Shown: piece after piece, positions 63,790 to 64,000 of the stretch
Position numbering within the stretch: the first letter of the stretch is position 1
Layout: each line of letters opens with the position of its first letter
DNA from: Octopus sinensis
Lineage: Eukaryota
Reading direction: 5' to 3'
NCBI RefSeq assembly: GCF_006345805.1
Contig: NC_043006.1
Span: 57,722,001-57,786,000, forward strand
DNA length: 64,000 nucleotides
The notes under the pieces: model-generated
What the model was told of the DNA's origin: nothing
Seen by the model: only the letters and a program-made list of their open reading frames with translations
The model's database searches: none
Program-made: the position numbers and the translations under genes

Positions 63790-64000
63790 ATGTGTAGATA
63801 TAAGTATTGGAAAGATGAAGTGGTTGATAACATGCTAATTTACAATCCTTATAACATACTGTTTGCTATTTGACAGTTCAGAATTTAAATTTCGATTCAC
63901 TGAGCTTTTCCTTTTTATCCCCAATGGAGGGCAAAGTCAATAAAATAAGTCCAAGAAATATAGTAAAATAGAGTTATGGTTGATTGGAACAAACATAAGG

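Overview
AT-rich, repeat-dense animal genomic DNA. The SINE, LINE and microsatellite content resembles an octopus/coleoid cephalopod genome, which is an inference. One host gene occupies the window on the minus strand: the 3' part of a PDE9-like class I cyclic-nucleotide phosphodiesterase. I reconstructed 9 coding exons by eye (60267 down to the stop at 6509). All have GT-AG boundaries and consistent phases, total 1113 nt (370 aa plus stop), and contain the HNFKH, HDLEH, TDMAKH, DISNE and SQVHF motifs. The 5' exons lie beyond the window. About 98% of the gene span is intron, filled with tRNA-derived SINEs, RTE/CR1/R4-Dong LINE remnants, mariner/Tc1/Mutator-like MITEs, a Helitron-like element and microsatellites. 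The most notable signals are: a PHD-type C4-H-C3 finger inside the RTE reverse transcriptase ORF (two copies); decayed minimal hammerhead-ribozyme motifs in inverted-repeat elements, one fused to a tRNA-derived head; a head-to-tail SINE array; a three-level nested insertion; and many long intronic foldbacks that could form dsRNA in the pre-mRNA. Almost all ORFs in the supplied track are microsatellite or repeat artefacts.
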